Shown one piece after another: positions 28,750-38,707 of a stretch of 64,000 nucleotides of DNA (position 1 is its first letter; each line of letters starts with the position of its first letter). The stretch spans positions 31,021-95,020 of IMG/VR virus record IMGVR_UViG_3300035703_000042. The stretch is one strand, 5' to 3'. Under the pieces are notes generated by a model. It made no database searches. It saw only the letters and a list, made by a program, of their open reading frames with translations, and was not told the origin of the DNA. Origin of the DNA: a virus. Position numbers and translations under genes: made by a program.

Positions 28750-29303
28750 TGCGTATAAATTGGATATTCGCTGACGGCTATCATCTTGACCCTGGGCGCG
28801 ATCCAGATCAAATCAAAAGCATCGGACCGGCCTGGGGCAGTTGGCGCACTTGGCGTAGTTGCGGCACCGACAATGTGATTTGTCATGATTTTGGAAAAGC
28901 TCGAGAGCTGGTGTCTCGAGCTTTTCATGCTGTCTGCAATTTTTATGTACCTAACAAGCACTTTGCTGATCTTGGTAGACCCATTGGTGCTCGTTTATAC
29001 GAAGGAGAATTCAAGCATGATCTCGATCATCTCGAGGACATCGTGGCCATGCATCTTGTATCTACAACATCAGACATAGTGCTTTTGGTTGGCTTTGATT
29101 TGAAACCGATTCCTGTTGATTTGGATCAACACGGTTTGATCAAAATTAAAAATTACTACGGATTGGTTCGGAGTATCATCGCAGCCGATCCGGCAGTGCA
29201 ATGGGTTTTAGTTGATCATTCAAACAGTATCGATCCTGTGTTTGGAGATCTTCCCAATCTCACTTGCGATGAATTTGACAATGTGCTAAAGTTGCTAATC
29301 TGA
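28749..29303 (+). CDS. Hypothetical protein
   Basis: Coupled TGATG start; LVGFD motif. Confidence 0.55.
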   Translation: MRINWIFADGYHLDPGRDPDQIKSIGPAWGSWRTWRSCGTDNVICHDFGKARELVSRAFHAVCNFYVPNKHFADLGRPIGARLYEGEFKHDLDHLEDIVAMHLVSTTSDIVLLVGFDLKPIPVDLDQHGLIKIKNYYGLVRSIIAADPAVQWVLVDHSNSIDPVFGDLPNLTCDEFDNVLKLLI

Positions 29304-29325
29304 CAACTACAGATTGGTGACCGTT

Positions 29326-30402
29326 ATGTCTGTTCCGCGTGTGGGTTTCTGTTGCAAATGGCTCACTGACCCCGCAGAGTGCGGCGGTATGAAAGTAAAT
29401 GCTGCCAATCGTGAACTCAATGGACGTAGCACCACCATGCGCTGGTTGCGCGAGCATCGCGACCAAGCCGAGCAGCGACAGTGGGACATCATGAATCACA
29501 ACGCCGCTGCCGCACTGCGCATGGTCGAGACCGTGGGTGCCTTGCCCGAGACTTTGAGGATGGTTCGCTTAGGATCAGAAATGCTGCAAGGATATACCGA
29601 AGGAGACTGGCAAGCGTGGTGGCAACGCCGAGAAATCCAAGACCATTGCGAACGGATTTTTGCCCCCATTGGTGAAGCTGCACGACGCTTGGGTGTAAGG
29701 CTCAGCTTCCATCCTGGTCAGTTCTGTGTGCTGGCATCCGAGAGCGACGACATCGTAAATAGAAGCATAGAGGAGTTTGAATATCATGCAGATATGGCCA
29801 GGTGGATGGGGTATGGACGCGAGTTCCAGGACTTTAAAATCAACGTCCACATATCGGGTAGAAAAGGTCCAGCCGGTATCAAAAGCGTCCTTGGGCGTCT
29901 CTCACCAGAGGCGCGAAATTGTATCACCATCGAAAACGACGAAATGTCCTGGGGACTCGACGCCAGCCTCGAACTGGTCGACGATCTCGCTCTGGTGCTA
30001 GACATCCACCATCACTTCGTTAAAACCGGTGAGTATATTCGATCCTCGGATGACCGAATTAAACGTGTTCGAGACAGTTGGCGTGGACGTCGACCGGTTA
30101 TACACTATAGTCAGAGTCGAGAAGATGTGCTAGTAGGGCACGATCCTGACGTATTGCCAGACATGGAGTTGTTGCTAAGCCAAGGACATAAAAAGGCCCG
30201 TCTCCGTGCTCATTCAGACTTTATGTGGAATCAGGCCTGTAATCGATGGGCCATGGAACACTGGGAATGGGCCGACATACAAGTGGAGGCTAAGGGTAAA
30301 AATCTAGCACGGGACCAACTATTTCAATTCTGGAAAAATCTCAAAGAACCCATGACTACGATTCTTGAGACGAAAACAGATTCCTCGTCCGATATTCAGT
30401 AG
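29326..30402 (+). CDS. uvsE: UV-damage endonuclease UvsE/UVDE
   Basis: RLSFHPGQF.VL, IENDE, LDIHH, HYS, AHSD, EAKGK. Confidence 0.9.
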   Translation: MSVPRVGFCCKWLTDPAECGGMKVNAANRELNGRSTTMRWLREHRDQAEQRQWDIMNHNAAAALRMVETVGALPETLRMVRLGSEMLQGYTEGDWQAWWQRREIQDHCERIFAPIGEAARRLGVRLSFHPGQFCVLASESDDIVNRSIEEFEYHADMARWMGYGREFQDFKINVHISGRKGPAGIKSVLGRLSPEARNCITIENDEMSWGLDASLELVDDLALVLDIHHHFVKTGEYIRSSDDRIKRVRDSWRGRRPVIHYSQSREDVLVGHDPDVLPDMELLLSQGHKKARLRAHSDFMWNQACNRWAMEHWEWADIQVEAKGKNLARDQLFQFWKNLKEPMTTILETKTDSSSDIQ

Positions 30403-30954
30403 ATTACTAACATCAGTGACTGATTGGCCTTGGTTCATTAGATCTATGGCCTGTTTGAACTTGTTATAGTTTTTGGTATTTTTCCCGCGTAAGACAGCTA
30501 GCCGCCTTTCTTGAGTGCAAGGAATTTTTTGACCGTACATTGGATTTTTAGAACCTATTTTTGATTCTGACAGTTTTTTGCGCCATTGATCTGTTCTTGG
30601 AATTCCTCGAAGCTTGGCACTTCGTTTATTGAGAGTTAAGGTGTTTGGTTTCCATCCGATCTTAGACGGCGGTCTAGAATCTGCAACTATATTAGAGAGA
30701 TGGATCAGCCCAATATTTTCAATTAGTAACTTTTCATACTCGTAGGCTTCAACCTCTGTAGCAAAATGTTTTATGATTTCAACTATTACCTCTAGCCCAT
30801 CTTGATGTATTTTATTGATGATTCGATCTTTGTGAGGATTTTGATTACCATCTTTGAAGCAACTGTGTGTAAATGCTCTATTTCCCGATCCCTTGCCAAT
30901 ATAAAAAGGTGTATTTGATCTTGGATCTATTAATTGATAGACATAGTATTTCAT
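30319..30954 (-). mobile_element. GIY-YIG homing endonuclease with NUMOD3-like repeats
   Basis: YVYQL.DPR...FYIGKG...R; KLSESKIGSKNPMYG; AT-rich; overlaps the uvsE 3' end convergently. Confidence 0.8.
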
Positions 30955-30985
30955 AGCATTTTTATTTATCACAACGGTATTAGAT

Positions 30986-31306
30986 ATGCACCATCTTCAA
31001 AAATTTCATGACATGATTGACAGTGTATTCCGACCAACCCTAGAATGGATCCGCAATGACTACCGCGTTTACCCTTTTCGTTTCTGTGTCGAAGTGGTGG
31101 CTTGGGCTCTCAGCATTGGTTGTAGCCTCGTCATGGCTATTACAGTACCTGAGCCCCCTTTACTCGCTCTATATCCTGCTTGGATACTCGGTTGCGGCCT
31201 TTATGCTTGGGCTGCTTGGGACCGCGGCAGTTTTGGCATGCTTGCCAATTATCTGCTGCTGGTCGCTATTGACACCACAGGACTGATTAGGTTGTTGATT
31301 TCTTAG
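30986..31306 (+). CDS. Small multi-pass membrane protein
   Basis: Three hydrophobic segments. Confidence 0.6.
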   Translation: MHHLQKFHDMIDSVFRPTLEWIRNDYRVYPFRFCVEVVAWALSIGCSLVMAITVPEPPLLALYPAWILGCGLYAWAAWDRGSFGMLANYLLLVAIDTTGLIRLLIS

Positions 31307-31598
31307 CGGTAGAGCGTTTCACTGCAGCCTTGGCTTTGGTCGCTGCTTTTTTTGCACCGGCTTTTGCTTTTTCAACAACTACCTTGGCATCTTCGGCATC
31401 GACTTTGCCATCTTTGTTGACGTCAGCAGCTTCTTTGACCACTGCAGTCGTATTGTCCAACGCGGCCTTGACGTCGTTGAGGTCTACTTTGCCGTCAGCA
31501 TTGACGTCGGCGGATTTAACGCCTTTTTTGTGATTGGATGCCAGTACTACAGCGAGTGCAGCCACTAGTACGATGGCGATGATCAGTTCGATACTCAT
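31287..31598 (-). CDS. Membrane-anchored protein with two EF-hand/dockerin-like loops and a Lys/Ala tail
   Basis: DVNADGKVDLND, DVNKDGKVDAED; AAGGAG SD. Confidence 0.7.
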   Translation of the reverse strand: MSIELIIAIVLVAALAVVLASNHKKGVKSADVNADGKVDLNDVKAALDNTTAVVKEAADVNKDGKVDAEDAKVVVEKAKAGAKKAATKAKAAVKRSTAKKSTT

Positions 31599-31663
31599 TG
31601 GTATTCTCCTTTGGAACTTTATTTAGCCTTGGGACATTAACTACGCCTATAAGTACCATGTAA

Positions 31664-32791
31664 ATGTCAGGACTTGAAATGAGGATTTTGCCCGATAACT
31701 TTTGCAGATTGCCCTGGAACGGACTCGATGTTGGTCCACAAGGTGGATTCAAACCTTGCTGCAAATATCGCGAAGATATCGCGCAGGACCTCGACGGTTA
31801 TCTCCACAGTGAAAAACTAGATCTCCTGCGGCAGGAATTCCTGTCCGGTCAGCACCCTGCTGGATGTCAACGCTGTTGGGACGACGAAGCTGCGGGTATT
31901 CCCAGCAAACGCCAATTAGACAATGCCTATACTTTTGGCGGACAAGAAGTGGTGTTGGATGGTGTACGCACACTGAGCCTTCCGTTTGGAAACACCTGTA
32001 ATCTGGCCTGTGTTACCTGCGGAAGCCACAGCAGCAGTCGTTGGGTCACCGACGAACGGAAACTGCCCAATCGATTTGGACGCCAGATCTTTGGTCACAG
32101 CCAATTTTATCGAGATCCCGGGTTCCTGGATCGCATCGCTGGCCTCTGTGACGATGTCATACACATCGACATACCCGGCGGCGAACCCTTTTTCTCGGAT
32201 CGAGATCTACATCTGGGCTTCTTGCAACAGTTGAAGAATCCACACAATATCAAACTGCACTACACCACCAATGGCACCGTGTATCCTGATCCCGAGTTCT
32301 GGGCAGTCTGGAGTCGTTTCCGTGCCACGGATATACAGGTCAGCATAGATGGAGTGGGTGATCGTTTCGAATATATCAGGCATCCGGCCCAATGGCACGA
32401 AGTTGAGAAAAATCTTTTCCGATATCGAGATCAGGGCACTACACAGATATCCATCAGCCACACAGTGAGTTGGCTCAATGTCATGTACCTCGACGAGTTC
32501 GTTGGATGGTGCCAAACAAACTCCTTGCCTGAGCCCTATCTTGGTCCGGTAAGCCGTCCGGCCTATCTTGACGCTAGATGCTTGCCGTCAGCAGCCAAAT
32601 CACGGATAGCCCATCATCTCCGATCGAGTTCGCATGCCATGGTGCGGCAGTTTGCCGACTATCTCCTCCAAGACCTCGATCGGGACCTCTGGACACAGGC
32701 ACAGGACTGGGTGGCGGAACTGGATCGATTACGCGATCGGGACTGGCGCCAGACTTTTCCCGAACTCGAGCAGGTCATCCAAAATCCATAA
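31664..32791 (+). CDS. Radical SAM protein with N-terminal SPASM/Twitch-like Cys motifs
   Basis: FCRLPW..PCC..C..CW, CNLACVTC, GGEP, TNG, SIDG. Confidence 0.88.
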   Translation: MSGLEMRILPDNFCRLPWNGLDVGPQGGFKPCCKYREDIAQDLDGYLHSEKLDLLRQEFLSGQHPAGCQRCWDDEAAGIPSKRQLDNAYTFGGQEVVLDGVRTLSLPFGNTCNLACVTCGSHSSSRWVTDERKLPNRFGRQIFGHSQFYRDPGFLDRIAGLCDDVIHIDIPGGEPFFSDRDLHLGFLQQLKNPHNIKLHYTTNGTVYPDPEFWAVWSRFRATDIQVSIDGVGDRFEYIRHPAQWHEVEKNLFRYRDQGTTQISISHTVSWLNVMYLDEFVGWCQTNSLPEPYLGPVSRPAYLDARCLPSAAKSRIAHHLRSSSHAMVRQFADYLLQDLDRDLWTQAQDWVAELDRLRDRDWRQTFPELEQVIQNP

Positions 32792-32907
32792 AAACGGGTT
32801 AGAATTTTGTTGCGCTGCCACATAATTATCATATATACTATAGCAGAGTTAGATGCCGCATGGGGCGGGTCTATACCAAGCTACTCGCTAAACCAAGGAG
32901 AAACACC

Positions 32908-33147
32908 ATGATTGACTATACCAAAATCGACTTCAGCAAGTTTGACGCTACCAAGATGTTCAACCCTGACCAAATGATTGGTCAGATCGAAAGCGTCACA
33001 CGCCAGGCCACTGGCTACATCACCGATGTCAAATCGCGCGAAATCGCTGAAAGCATCGCTGCAGCCAGCATCGAGTTCGTCCGTGCCCAAAATGCCGCTG
33101 CCCAGGCCTATGTAGAAGCTGTAAAAACCGCTTTCCAACCCAAGTAA
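32908..33147 (+). CDS. Small amphipathic helical protein (phasin-like, tentative)
   Basis: AAGGAG SD; Ala-rich helical sequence; structured leader. Confidence 0.45.
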   Translation: MIDYTKIDFSKFDATKMFNPDQMIGQIESVTRQATGYITDVKSREIAESIAAASIEFVRAQNAAAQAYVEAVKTAFQPK

Positions 33148-33222
33148 ACAGTCCGGTTGACCAATAAATCCTGCTTGTGTATTATACACACATGCAGGAT
33201 TTTTTTAACCATTGGAGGCAAA

Positions 33223-33870
33223 ATGAAACACGCTCTAATCGCTGTGGCTGTAGTGGCCGCTCTGGGTCTCACAGCCTGTTCTAGTAATCCCAAGAACCCG
33301 GGATTCGCACAGCCCGAAGATACCAAGACTCCGGTCAAGGATGCTCGCATCGCCACTGACTTCCGTGATCAAGGGCTCCGCTTGCACTACACACTCATGG
33401 GCAACCTTGAGCGCATCGAAGTGTTTGGTGTAGCCCCGGCCTGGCAAGGCAATCACACCATCCGTGCTGAGATGGATGCCAAGGAGAAGCTACTGAAATT
33501 CGTGCATGGTGAGAGCATGACATCGGATACCAAAACACGCATCCTCAGCAAGACCCTGGATCGCGCCAAAGACCAGACCTTGAATCGTTTCGAGACCAAC
33601 TCAGACTTCCAGTTTGATGCCAAGGAAATCGAGAAAGAGTTCAACAACAACGAAGGCGCCCAGCCCGATAACACCAGTCGGCGCACCGCAGATCGCATCG
33701 AGAATACCATGTTACAAAAGACCCAGACACTGGTCAGTTCGGGTCGTCTCACCGGGTTGCACAAGGTAGGTGATTCAGTGAGCAAAGATGGGCGTTACTA
33801 CATCGCCAAGTATGAGTGGAGTGAGCGCAATCAAGCCACTGCTGACACTCTTCGGGCTCGCATGAAATGA
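33223..33870 (+). CDS. Lipoprotein
   Basis: Signal peptide with lipobox LTAC; early promoter 33157/33180. Confidence 0.75.
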   Translation: MKHALIAVAVVAALGLTACSSNPKNPGFAQPEDTKTPVKDARIATDFRDQGLRLHYTLMGNLERIEVFGVAPAWQGNHTIRAEMDAKEKLLKFVHGESMTSDTKTRILSKTLDRAKDQTLNRFETNSDFQFDAKEIEKEFNNNEGAQPDNTSRRTADRIENTMLQKTQTLVSSGRLTGLHKVGDSVSKDGRYYIAKYEWSERNQATADTLRARMK

Positions 33871-34952
33871 AAAAACTTGTAGCGGCTGCGGTGTTGTGTG
33901 TGTTCGCAGGCTCGGCACAGGCTGCTGTACTGCCTTGGTGGGCTCCTAGTCCAGTCAGCGTCGCTATCACTGTGGGACAGTGGATGCTCAAAGAAGATGA
34001 TCCAGTGTTCCAGGTGCGTGTACAGGCCCAGGCCAATACCGAGACCGAAGCACGTCGCGAAGCCTTCCGCAAGGCCACTGAGCTGGCCATTGGGTCTCTG
34101 GTCACTAGCCAGACACGGGTATCCGGAGATCATGTCACGCAACACGAGATCGTGAGCTACTCGTCGGGACGTGTGGATCGCTTCGAAGAAGTGGCCAAGA
34201 CCTATTCTTCAGGGCAGACCCGGCTGACCTTGGACGTATGGGTGCGGCGTAGCACCATCGCGGATCGACTCATGACCGTGCCCGGCAATGCCGCCGAGAT
34301 CAACGGCGAACAGTTGGCCGCGCAGTACGAATCCGTGCAAGAAGAGCGCAGGACCGGTGATCGCATGCTGGAAATGGTGCTGGCTGACTATCCCCGGCAA
34401 GCCTACACAGTCACAGTGACCAACACCCGGGCCGGCATGGATCGCGGCCGTGGTCTCCGGGTAGATGTGGATTTTGAAATTGGCATGAACCCGCGATATC
34501 TGTCAGCCCTGGACCAAGCTGTGCGATCTACCAGCCAGCTACGAGATCAACAACATTGTTTGAAACATCGTTGCGGGCACGGTCACTTGGTCAGTGTGAA
34601 GTATACCAATTCCGGCGACTTCTTCCATGCCGGATCGGCGGTGAGATTTGACGACCAACATCGTTCGCGTATTTTCGGACACTATCTACGCGATGCCAAT
34701 CCGCACATCAAGATGGTCGTCCATGACGGGCATGGGCAGGTGATTTCTTCTCAGTGTTGGGCACAGGCCGAACTCACTTATACCAATCACATGCCTGCTC
34801 GCAGGTTCGTACACTGGGACGAGGGTCGAACCATCATCGACGGTAATCTTCGTGTGCGCGGGCAATTATCCGCTGACTTGCCCGGAGATCAGGTATCAGA
34901 TATACGGAAAGTAGAACTCCAGGTAGTTTCGGCAAACCAGTGCTCTGGCTAG
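33867..34952 (+). CDS. Secreted/periplasmic protein
   Basis: Signal peptide MKKLV...AQA; coupled to the lipoprotein gene. Confidence 0.65.
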   Translation: MKKLVAAAVLCVFAGSAQAAVLPWWAPSPVSVAITVGQWMLKEDDPVFQVRVQAQANTETEARREAFRKATELAIGSLVTSQTRVSGDHVTQHEIVSYSSGRVDRFEEVAKTYSSGQTRLTLDVWVRRSTIADRLMTVPGNAAEINGEQLAAQYESVQEERRTGDRMLEMVLADYPRQAYTVTVTNTRAGMDRGRGLRVDVDFEIGMNPRYLSALDQAVRSTSQLRDQQHCLKHRCGHGHLVSVKYTNSGDFFHAGSAVRFDDQHRSRIFGHYLRDANPHIKMVVHDGHGQVISSQCWAQAELTYTNHMPARRFVHWDEGRTIIDGNLRVRGQLSADLPGDQVSDIRKVELQVVSANQCSG

Positions 34953-34965
34953 AATAAGTAGCTCT

Positions 34966-36363
34966 ATGAGCGATAACAAATATCTGTTTGAAATAAAGCA
35001 AGAACTCGGTCGTGGCGGACCCGGGCTTTGTTTGGCCAAGTGGTACGAAGTCAGCATGCATCTTGAAAGTGGGCACAACCACAGTTGTGTACATCCGCGC
35101 ACGCATCGTGTGTCCGAAGACGAAGTACGTGCCAACTATCATGCCTTGCACAACAGCCAGTACAAGAAATCAGTGCGTGCCGAAATGCTGGCTGGTGGCC
35201 GCCCACCGGAATGCAATTATTGCTGGAACATGGAAGATGTTGGAGACCCTGATATCATCCCCGATCGCGTGTATTTTAGTTCGGTACATCTGGATGAAAA
35301 ACGCAGGATCGGCAAAGATGCAGTACAAGAAATCATCGATCTTGGACCGGATCATGATTTTTTTCCCAGGAGCGTAGAAGTCAGTTTTTCCACCACCTGC
35401 AACTTCAAATGCAGTTATTGCGGTCCGGAGGTCAGTAGTCGCTGGTTCAAAGAGATCGAAAAACACGGACCTTATCCCATCATACTCACTGGCACTAGTA
35501 TCAATCAGATGCAGCGCCAGCAAAAAATACCCATCCCTGACCGAGAGTACAATCCTTACATTGAAGCTTTCTGGAAATGGTTGCCAGAAGCCTATCCGCA
35601 CATAAAGATCCTACGGGTCACCGGTGGAGAGCCTTTGCTGATCCATCATACCTTTCGACTCATGGACTGGGTCAAGGCCAATCCTAGACCTGATCTCGAA
35701 CTTGGCATCAACTCCAATCTTGGAGTACCCGACAGCATCTTTGATCGGTTTGTGGCAGCCATGCGCGAGATATCCGAGCGTAAAAGCGTGGGCAAGCTGG
35801 TGGTATGGACCAGCTGCGAAGCCACAGGAGATCAGTGCGACTATATCCGTTATGGCATGAATTATCAGAAATGGTTGGTAAATCTACGCCGGGTACTAGA
35901 CGAGATTCCCGACTGTTCGATTCGCATCATGACCACCTATTCGGCTCTCAGCGTGACCAGTTACTTGGATTTTTGTCGAGACATCTATGAGCTACGCCGA
36001 CAGTACGGTGATCGTATAATTTTTGATACGCACACCTATCTCCATTATCCCAAGTACCTGGCCATCGACATACTCACACCCGATTTCCGGGAGTACTTCC
36101 AGAAAGAGTGCGATTTCATCGCAGAAATGAAGTCGCAGGGTCTGGCCACTGATCACGAAGTTTTCCAAAGTCAGCGACAGCTTTCCTACTTTGATGCTAG
36201 AATAAAGAATCCTCTAGAACAACTTTCGTTGTTGAGGAAAGACTTTTTTACCTTTGTGGATGAATACGATTACCGTCGTGGTACCAACTTTTTAGAAACT
36301 TTCCCTGAGTTTCGGGATTTTTATGAACTTTGCAAAAACACCATTTGGTGGGACGAGGAATAG
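34966..36363 (+). CDS. Radical SAM protein
   Basis: CNFKCSYC, TGGEP, NSN, N-terminal Cys motifs. Confidence 0.88.
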   Translation: MSDNKYLFEIKQELGRGGPGLCLAKWYEVSMHLESGHNHSCVHPRTHRVSEDEVRANYHALHNSQYKKSVRAEMLAGGRPPECNYCWNMEDVGDPDIIPDRVYFSSVHLDEKRRIGKDAVQEIIDLGPDHDFFPRSVEVSFSTTCNFKCSYCGPEVSSRWFKEIEKHGPYPIILTGTSINQMQRQQKIPIPDREYNPYIEAFWKWLPEAYPHIKILRVTGGEPLLIHHTFRLMDWVKANPRPDLELGINSNLGVPDSIFDRFVAAMREISERKSVGKLVVWTSCEATGDQCDYIRYGMNYQKWLVNLRRVLDEIPDCSIRIMTTYSALSVTSYLDFCRDIYELRRQYGDRIIFDTHTYLHYPKYLAIDILTPDFREYFQKECDFIAEMKSQGLATDHEVFQSQRQLSYFDARIKNPLEQLSLLRKDFFTFVDEYDYRRGTNFLETFPEFRDFYELCKNTIWWDEE

Positions 36364-36924
36364 ATGACTGTAGACAAAGAGCTAGAGTATGACAGCGTTG
36401 GTTCGGCCCTGAACGCCCACGGCATGTTTGTTCTCATGGGCGGGATCAACGAAGAAACAGTGAAACCTGCCATTGAATGGATCCTGCACGAAAATCATGT
36501 CAGGAAGCGCAAGAAAAAAGAACTCCTGCTAATGGTGAACTCCGATGGTGGAAATCTCACCGATGCCTTTGCGCTCATCGATGTCATGCGTTCCAGCGTG
36601 ATCCCTGTCAAGACCGTGGGCCTGGGCATAGTGGCATCTGCTGGCTTGTGTATCTTTATCGCGGGTGCCACCGGACGTCGTGTGCTTACTCCAAACACAT
36701 CGATCCTGAGCCATCAGTTTTCTTGGCACAGTTCGGGCAAGGCTCACGAGCTGTTTGCCACTGTGAAAGAGTTTGAGCTCACCCAACAACGGATGTTGAG
36801 ACTCTATCAAGAATGCACATCGCTGGATGACGACCAGATCCGAGAAGTGCTCTTGCCTCCCCAAGACGTTTATCTATCTGCCGCAGAGGCACTTGAATTC
36901 GGAATCTGCGACGCAGTGGCCTAG
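36364..36924 (+). CDS. Divergent ClpP-like protease
   Basis: NSDGG, ASAG (Ser), SHQ (His), D.YLSA.EALEFGICD. Confidence 0.85.
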   Translation: MTVDKELEYDSVGSALNAHGMFVLMGGINEETVKPAIEWILHENHVRKRKKKELLLMVNSDGGNLTDAFALIDVMRSSVIPVKTVGLGIVASAGLCIFIAGATGRRVLTPNTSILSHQFSWHSSGKAHELFATVKEFELTQQRMLRLYQECTSLDDDQIREVLLPPQDVYLSAAEALEFGICDAVA

Positions 36925-38042
36925 CGACGGCGTCGTCCCAGAGCAGCATCGTCGCCCACACCTTTGCTGGGCGCGGCTTTGACCTCGGGACGCTTTTCTC
37001 TTTTTACTGGTGGCAAGTGTGAAGGCCGCTCGATGACCTTTCCATCCTTGTCTACCAGCACCACATCCTTGTCATAACGACGACCCAGGGCACGCACCAG
37101 AGTAGAGCCCATGGGTCTCAGGCCACGTATGCCGAGGTTCTTGCTGAGTCGTCCTGACGCATTGCGTATCAACCATACCATGAGATGGCTGTCGGGAATA
37201 TCGGCTCGGTTCTTGATCACAGCATGCGCTTCTACCGTGATCTTGTTGCCGTCCTGTACAAAGTGTTCGGGCTGGAAGGTCTGGATCACGATACCACCTT
37301 CGGGATTGAGATCTCCACCAAATATGGCACGGATGGCTTCTTCTTCGGTGGGCTCGACCACGATCTCGCGATCCAGGCGATAGGCATCACCATCGATGGG
37401 TTCCAGGGTGACCACACCCTTTTCCACGAGATCATCCACGATCTCACGAGCACGGGCACCAAAGCTGGAGTCAGCGCTTTCCCATGATTCGGCGTCGAGC
37501 TGTTTGATACTGATGGGCAAGCGACGATCGGCGCTCTTTAACACCACGTCGGCCTTGAGACTGAGACCGGTTTCTTTGTCCCGGACCTGTTTCCCGGTCT
37601 CTTCGACTTCGGTGACATTGTCCAGGCTCAAGGTCTTGCCCCTGGGATCACGGAACTCTACATCAGCGGATCCGTACTTTTCGATCACGCTGCGGATCAA
37701 CTTGGCCAGTTCGGCTTCGTTGGCCACACCGGCACTGCGATCGCCCTGCACACCCTGGTCTTTGACCACTATGCGGGTGGGATCGCTGTCAAAGGCCACT
37801 ACCCCGATCGAGCTCACTTTTGGATCGGCAGTGATGTGTGCGCCTAATCCGGGTTGATCCTGTGCGAGATCTTGCTGTATCTTTTTCAACACATCTGATC
37901 GATGCTGGTTCTTGTTCTTTTCGGGCACCTGTACCAAGACCACGGCATAGTTGCCTTTTACACGCACTTGATAGCCCGAATCCTCTAGGCTGTCCACGAT
38001 GGCGGGATTGGCTGCTTCTAATAGGTTGATTATGTCTCTCAT
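36921..38042 (-). CDS. PD-(D/E)xK nuclease-like protein with an MRDIINLLEA N-terminus
   Basis: E..L...KADVVL...ISIK motif. Confidence 0.55.
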   Translation of the reverse strand: MRDIINLLEAANPAIVDSLEDSGYQVRVKGNYAVVLVQVPEKNKNQHRSDVLKKIQQDLAQDQPGLGAHITADPKVSSIGVVAFDSDPTRIVVKDQGVQGDRSAGVANEAELAKLIRSVIEKYGSADVEFRDPRGKTLSLDNVTEVEETGKQVRDKETGLSLKADVVLKSADRRLPISIKQLDAESWESADSSFGARAREIVDDLVEKGVVTLEPIDGDAYRLDREIVVEPTEEEAIRAIFGGDLNPEGGIVIQTFQPEHFVQDGNKITVEAHAVIKNRADIPDSHLMVWLIRNASGRLSKNLGIRGLRPMGSTLVRALGRRYDKDVVLVDKDGKVIERPSHLPPVKREKRPEVKAAPSKGVGDDAALGRRRR

Positions 38043-38101
38043 GGTTGATCACTGTCAAATAGTATGCTATACTTATGCTTGATCACACCCAAGGAGAACT
38101 C

Positions 38102-38707
38102 ATGCCCAATCTAGTGCCCATCGTGCTGGAACACACCAGCAAAGGCGAACGCAGCTATGACATCTACAGTCGACTGCTCCGAGACCGAATCATCATGCTA
38201 GATACCGAAGTGTCCAGCCACAGCGCCAGCTTGATCGTAGCGCAGATGTTGTTCCTGGAAAGTGAAAATCCCGAACGACCCGTGTACTTTTACATCAACT
38301 CTCCGGGCGGTTCGGTCACAGCCGGAATGAGCATCTATGACACCATGCAGTTCATCCGCTGTCCCATCCACACCATCGTCATGGGGCAAGCAGCAAGCAT
38401 GGGCAGTCTCTTGGCCATGGCCGGAGAACCGGGTCATAGATTCATATTGCCCAATGCTCGTCACATGATCCACCAACCCCTGGGCGGAGCATCGGGACAG
38501 GCCACTGACGTGGAAATCCAGGCACGCGAACTGCTGAGATGGAAAGATGTATTGACCGGTATCTACGTACGACACACCGGGCGCGATCGTGATCAGCTAC
38601 GTGCTGACATGGAACGCGACAATTTTATGACTGCTGAACAGGCTGTGGCTTATGGTCTGGCCGATCAAGTGATCTCAAAACGCGATGATCAAAGCATGAC
38701 TTCGTGA
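38102..38707 (+). CDS. clpP: ClpP protease
   Basis: [39 protein letters not shown]. Confidence 0.96.
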   Translation: MPNLVPIVLEHTSKGERSYDIYSRLLRDRIIMLDTEVSSHSASLIVAQMLFLESENPERPVYFYINSPGGSVTAGMSIYDTMQFIRCPIHTIVMGQAASMGSLLAMAGEPGHRFILPNARHMIHQPLGGASGQATDVEIQARELLRWKDVLTGIYVRHTGRDRDQLRADMERDNFMTAEQAVAYGLADQVISKRDDQSMTS

